From the NCBI GenBank assembly GCA_000004695.1, contig CM000153.2:2752001-2816000 (forward strand): a DNA stretch of 64,000 bases. Reading direction: 5' to 3'. Numbering within the stretch: the first letter of the stretch is position 1; each line of letters starts with the position of its first letter. The notes below the pieces were generated by a model that was not told the origin of the DNA, did no database searches, and saw only the letters and a list, made by a program, of their open reading frames with translations. Shown in pieces: positions 53,265-64,000 of the stretch. The DNA comes from Dictyostelium discoideum (Eukaryota). The position numbers and the translations under genes were made by a program.

Positions 53265-53754
53265 TGAAAAACAAACCTTCGTCTAATGCAATCTTTGGAG
53301 CAGCATGTTTATAAGCTTCACCATAAACTTCTTTTGCTTTCTTTGGATTATTTGTTCTTTCTAAAAATTCACCATATGCTTGCCAAGCTCTAGAGTTATC
53401 AGTATCAACCTCTACAGCTTTCCTTAATGATTCTTCTGCTTCTTTATTTTTACCCTCCATTGACAATAATACACCATATTGTGCCAATAGATCTGAATCT
53501 TGAGGTTGTTCTTGTAAACCCTCTATAATATCATTCTTTAAACTTAAATCTGTAATTTCAAATAATGAAGTAGGATTATTTTGTTGTGATGCTGATGCTG
53601 CTCCTTTTCTAATTGTATTGTTTTTTCTTTTATTTGGTGGTTGTTGTCTTTGTGGTTGTTTACCATTTACGTCATTGGTTGGTCTATTTTCTAATCTTTG
53701 AGATTTTGGTACATCTTCACCATTATATTTTTCTTTTGAACCACAACAACCCAT
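52851..53754 (-). CDS. TPR-repeat protein with an N-terminal MGCCGS dual-acylation (myristoyl/palmitoyl) motif, 2 exons: complement(join(52851..53164,53277..53754)), about 263 aa
   Basis: Exon 1: MGCCGSKEKYNGEDVPKSQ...LLAQYGVLLSMEGKNKEAEESLRKAVEVDTDNSRAWQAYGEFLERTNNPKKAKEVYGEAYKHAAPKIALDE, ending at donor G|GTTTGT in phase 1. Acceptor ATATATAG joins exon 2: DDSSLLLSYAIFIQKSGEIDKAEKLYKRIVTSGARSSESLGRYGLFLLEVKKDVEKGGIYLKDAADIDPPSPEWCTRYSNYLKTYKKDEFEATKYQKRVSLYVN*. It has a repeated A..Y/G..L....D...A TPR-like helix-pair periodicity. The track ORF reads through the donor into intron-encoded poly-L. Confidence 0.65.
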
Positions 53755-54090
53755 TATTATTATTTATTATTATTTTTTATTAATGAATTATATGTTAATT
53801 ATTTATAAATATAAATGTATGTATCTATTATTTATTTATTATTTATTTATTATTATTGCGTTTTTAAGTTATTTTATTTTTTTTTTTTTTTTTTTTAATT
53901 GGTTTTTTTATAAAAAAATTTTATTATAAAGAGAAAAAAAAAATTATTTAAAAAATTAAAAAAAAAAAAAAAAAAATTTTGAAAAATTATAAATTGATAA
54001 TATATGTATAAATAATATTTATAACATTCGGTGCCGGGGAAAAAAAAAAATTAAATTAAAAAAAATTAAATTAAAAAAAAAAAAAAATTA

Positions 54091-54130
<40 letters not shown>

Positions 54131-54533
54131 GATCGAATTTTTTGTTGAGATTCCAAGATTAAAGGCAATAATTAAAAAAAAAAAAGAAATTAAATAAAAA
54201 AAAAAATAAAAAAAAGAAATTATTTGTTCATATGAACAAACAATCTTTTTTTTTTTTCAACTAAATATCTAACCGATTTTTTTTTTTTTTTTTTATAAAT
54301 TTTTAATTATTTTGTTGTCATTGTTGGTTAACTATCTTTTTTTTTCCCACCTAATTTTTTTGGGGGAGTTTGAAAAAGGTTTGGAAAAAAAAAAAAATTT
54401 TTTAAAGGTTTGAAAAGAAAAAACACAATCAGTTAAAAAAAAATAATAATAAAAATAAAAAAAAAAAAATAAAATAAAATAAAACAAAACAAAGACAAAT
54501 CGCAATTTTATAATAACCAAATCAAAAAAATGT

Positions 54534-54579
<46 letters not shown>

Positions 54580-55402
54580 TATTTTTTTTATTTTTATTTT
54601 TTTATTTTTTTTTTTTTTCTTTTTTTTAATTTCGATGTTTGCATGTTATCTGATTGGTAGTCTGATTGTTTTGAATTATTATTAATTTTCATTTAAATTT
54701 ATTTTTTTTTTTTTTTTTTAGTTTTTTTAGTTTTTTTTTTAGTTTTTAGTTTTTTTTATTTTTTTTTTTTTTTTAGTATTAACTTCAACTGATATAATAA
54801 AATAACAACATATATAAAATTACAATTCCAACCATCAACACCACAACATCATTGCAACATATTTTTTTCTTTTAATATTAATTACAACGCTGTTTTATTT
54901 TTATTATAATTAAATTTGAGAGGGAAAAAAAAAAAGAAAAAAAAAAATAAAAGAAAAATAAAAAAATAAAATTTAAAAAAAAGGGTTATATAATTCATAT
55001 CGAATCGTATATTTTTTAATTGTAAATAGAAAGAAAGAAAAAAAAAAAAAAAAAAGAGTAAAAATTGAATTTTCTTCAAACCTCACTCACAATCACAATC
55101 GAAATCACACTATAAAACTTTTTTTTTTTTGATTAAATTTTGTATATTTGGTGTTTTTTTGATCACAGGGTGTTATTCTCGCCACGCACCCACACGACTA
55201 TACCACAAAAAAAAAAAAAAAAAATTTAAAATAAAAAATTAAAATAATCAAAAAGCTATTTTTAAATTAAGGAAGATTAAACAAAAAAAAAAAAAAATTA
55301 AAAATTGAAAAAATAAAAAAAATAAAAAAAAATAAAAAAAAAAATAAAAAAATAAAAAATAATATATTATTCAATATAATAAAAATAAAAATAATAAAAA
55401 TC

Positions 55403-55447
<45 letters not shown>

Positions 55448-55689
55448 ATTATTTTCACATAATACATAACTACAAAAATCAAAATAATAACTTTGCAGAC
55501 TTGCTCTATTAATATATATATATATATAAACATATAATTTTTTATTTTTATTTTAAATTATAAAAACCAAACCAAAGTTATAAATAGAAAAAAAAAATAA
55601 AAATAAAAAAATAAAAATAAAAAATAAAAATTAAAAATTAAAAATTAAAAAAAAAAACATACATAGACATATAATTATTTTTATTATTA

Positions 55690-55746
<57 letters not shown>

Positions 55747-56283
55747 TTATATATATTTTATATATAAATACAACCAATAATAATTTTTTTTGAAAACCCA
55801 CACACTCTCACAAACACAAAAAAGTGTAAACCCACTAATAAATATAAAACAAACAAATAAATAATTTATATTTAGAATATTACAACAATAATTTAATTTT
55901 TTAAAAAAAACCAAATAAAACAACAAAAACTATAAATAAATAAAAAAAAATAAAAAAGACAAAAATAAACTCAAACCATCTATATCAATAACACTTCATA
56001 GAGTAGACCCAAATCATCATCATTTTAAAATTAAATATTATCTATTAGTCAATAAACTAACGAGGAGAAAAAGAAAAAAAAAAAAAAAAAAATGTATGTG
56101 TAACTATTATTTTTTTTTTTTATTATTATTATTTTTTTTTTAATTAAAATTAATATAATTAAATAGTTATGTATGTGTCGAAAAAATTGAAATAACATTA
56201 TTTTTGAAACAGTAATAATAAAACCAAGTAAATCTATAATTATTTATATATATTTTTTTTTTTTTTTTTTTTTTTAATTTATT

Positions 56284-56317
<34 letters not shown>

Positions 56318-56488
56318 CTATTTTTTCAATCTATTTTTTCAATCTATTTTTTCAATCTTTTTTTTTCTTTTTTCTTTTTTTTTTTTTTATTATTTAAATA
56401 ACCAAGATATATAATCAACTTTAAAAAAAAAAAAAATTATTCCAAAAAGTGCAACAACAATTCATTATTTATTTTTTTTCTTTTTCCT

Positions 56489-56528
<40 letters not shown>

Positions 56529-56779
56529 AAAAAAAAAAAAAAACAACACTAATCTTAGCCACACAAACACACATACCCACCCACATCAATTAAATTAAAT
56601 AAATTAAATTTTTTTAAATAATTATTTTTTTATTATTATTTTTATACAAAAAAAAAAAAACAATTTTTTTTTAAAAAAAAAAAAAAAAAAAAAACCATCA
56701 TTAATTTTTTTTTTTTATTGTATGATATAAAAATTTATACTTATCATTTTATATAATTTAAAATAGTTTAATATACAAT

Positions 56780-61839
<5,060 letters not shown>

Positions 61840-61923
61840 TATTTTAACAAATAATAATAAAAAAGAAAAAAAAAAAAATGATTTATTCTAATTTATATAT
61901 ATATAAAAAAAAAAAAAAAAAGA

Positions 61924-61969
<46 letters not shown>

Positions 61970-62005
61970 GAATAATAAAATTATAATTTATATGTTTTTA
62001 TTGTT

Positions 62006-62037
<32 letters not shown>

Positions 62038-62045
62038 TATAAAAT

Positions 62046-63374
62046 TTAACTAACTTGTTGTGGTGTCATTTGTAAACTTGTTAATTTACTAATCCAACAA
62101 GGTGGTAAAACTGTTAATTCTTTATTTGATTTATCATGAACAACAGTATTATCTAATTGGAAGATATCAATGTTTTCAACTTTTAACATTGCCAAACCAA
62201 CACCATGAATACCGGTAATGAATTTATCGGTTGATCTTGAAACTGTTTTAATTTCACTATCAGTACCAACTTTAACAGGTTCATCTGATGATTGTTGTTG
62301 ATTATGTTTTGGTGAGATATTTTTAACAATTAATGCAGAGTCTGATGGTGGATGCTCAAGATTTAATGCATTTAGAATACGTTTTGGGAAGAGTAATGAT
62401 TCTTTTGGTGGTTTTGTTGGGTCGATGATTGCTTCATCCATTACACTAGCACTTTCAACATCTTTAACACTCATTACAACTGGGAAAATTCTCTTTCTAA
62501 TTAAACCTGTGAAATGTGTTCTTGAGGTTAATTCTTGGCCTAAATAACATCCCTTATGAAAATCGACACCATTTAAAAGATCGAAATTATATTCCAATGG
62601 AATTATATTTCCCCATTGATATTCTTTAACACCTTGTGGTATACCTTGGCTTAGTCTAAATAAATTATAAATTGTTTCATCTTTACTTTCATATTTTGAT
62701 AATCTTTCTTCAACAACTAAAAAAATTTAAAAATAAAATAAAATAAAATAAATATCAATTAATAAATTATAATTTTATTTTATTATTAGTATTTTTATTA
62801 TTAGTATTAAATATTTACCTAATTGTTTATTATTTGGTACTAATAATCTAACACCCATGATTTGATGTCTTGGATCCATCATGACAGAACATTGATCTTT
62901 CTCTAATTGAGCAAATAATGAGTCATCTCTAACTGTCTTATAAGTTTTATCCAAGATTGAATAGACATTAAAATTTTCAGTGACATCAATGATATCAATT
63001 TTATTTCTAAGTTTATATTGTTTCAAATGGGCCATTGCTTCTTCCAAAATTGAACTATCAATATCGACAATGAACGAATCTAATCCACTGTTGTCTGAAC
63101 TACCTGGTGCCATTGAAATTGGTTTTGGGTTGCCATTATGATGTTCTCTATCAAGTGATATAATTGAATCAAATAATAGTCTACCATTTCCTTGAAGGAA
63201 ACCATTATAAATTGATGTATTTGTTGATTGATTATCCTTTAATCTATTCAAATTATTTGTTGTTAAACCTTGTAAATGCTTTAATGCATCAGGTCCAACC
63301 ACTTTAATTAAACTTCTACTTTTTAATGGTACAACACATTTTTTAATTTTTTCCAATGATTTTAAATTTATCAT
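62046..63374 (-). CDS. IBA57/CAF17-like protein (YgfZ/GcvT-fold putative transferase, mitochondrial Fe-S cluster assembly), 2 exons: complement(join(62046..62716,62819..63374)), about 408 aa
   Basis: Exon 1: MINLKSLEKIKKCVVPLKSRSLIKVVGPDALKHLQGLTTNNL..GVRLLVPNNKQL, ending at donor G|GTAAAT in phase 1. Acceptor TTTTTTAG joins exon 2: VVEERLSKYESKDETIYNLFRLSQGIPQGVKEYQWGNIIPLEYNFDLLNGVDFHKGCYLGQELTSRTHFTGLIRKRIFPV.... The KGCY.GQE signature and the L.L.G.D..KFLQG N-terminal motif are diagnostic of the YgfZ/CAF17/IBA57 family. Confidence 0.8.
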
Positions 63375-63706
63375 TATTATTATTATTATATTATAAATTA
63401 TTAATATTATTATTTAATAATTAATTTTAATTTTGGTTTTTATTTTTTTTTTTTCTATGGAAATAATAAATTATTTTAAAGTTTGTTTTTTATTTGTTTA
63501 TGTTTGCTTTTTTTTTTTTTTATTTTTTTTATTGCAAAATTTTTTTTTTTGGTGGTGGAATTATTGTAAATGTTTTTTATTTATTTTTTTTTTTTTATTT
63601 TTATTTTATTTTTTTTTATTTTTTTAATTTGAAAGGATAAATAAAGTATTTATTTTTTGAAATTAAAAAATTTTTTTTTTTATTTTTTTTTGATTTTCAC
63701 AATTTT

Positions 63707-63747
<41 letters not shown>

Positions 63748-63941
63748 AAATTATTTTATAAAATTACGTGTACACCTTTAAAAGGGGTGGGTGCTTATTC
63801 CAATTTTGTTTGTTTTCTTTTGTTTGTTTTTTGTTTTAATATTTTGGGATATAGGAGATAAAATATAAACAGTTGTATATTAATTAATTATTAATAAAAA
63901 ATAAAAATTAAAAAAAAAAAAAAAATAAAAAAAATTAAATT

Positions 63942-64000
63942 ATGAAAAGATTTATATTTTTAATAACATTGGTGTCAATATTATTATTATTATTTTTATC
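63942..64000 (+). CDS. 5' end of a gene encoding a protein with a predicted signal peptide (MKRFIFLITLVSILLLLFL..); truncated by the window edge
   Basis: ATG at 63942 in a good context (aaattATGa), followed by a hydrophobic leader. Only 19 codons are visible. Confidence 0.3.
   Translation, partial: MKRFIFLITLVSILLLLFL

Noticed and set aside
53165-53276. Continuation of track ORF 53203..53754 past KIALDE into [24 protein letters not shown]
   Set aside because: A GTTTGT donor at 53276 and an AG acceptor at 53165 give a longer TPR-containing product. The poly-L tail is translation of an intronic (AAT)n tract on the opposite strand.

Overview
This window reads as Dictyostelium discoideum-type nuclear DNA, identified from composition and gene content only (no search was run). 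It is extremely AT-rich with long homopolymer runs and (ATT)n/(AAT)n microsatellites. Coding regions carry poly-N and poly-Q tracts and short AT-rich introns bounded by GTAAGT/GTATGT and AG. I call about 22 protein-coding genes; exon joins are given in each evidence field. Recognisable genes include a Rab1-family GTPase, a VPS9-domain protein, FEN1, eIF5A, a TBC-domain protein, a BAR-SH3 protein, a PRA1-family protein, U2AF35, an SLC35/TPT transporter, uroporphyrinogen-III synthase, an IBA57/CAF17-like protein, a CARMIL-like LRR protein and a FNIP-repeat protein. Two AIF/FSP1-like oxidoreductase paralogs flank a ncRNA cluster. A lineage-specific gene family sits in a decaying tandem array at 24.9-30.5 kb. 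Non-coding calls include a candidate SRP (7SL) RNA with a DUSE-like upstream element, three Class I RNA-like genes (two carry the exact CCTTACAGCAA motif), and an unidentified ~260-nt RNA gene with a DUSE-like element, a T-run terminator and an inverted partial second copy. There are also several GC-normal non-coding islands. All calls come from reading the sequence and the ORF track; no database search was possible.
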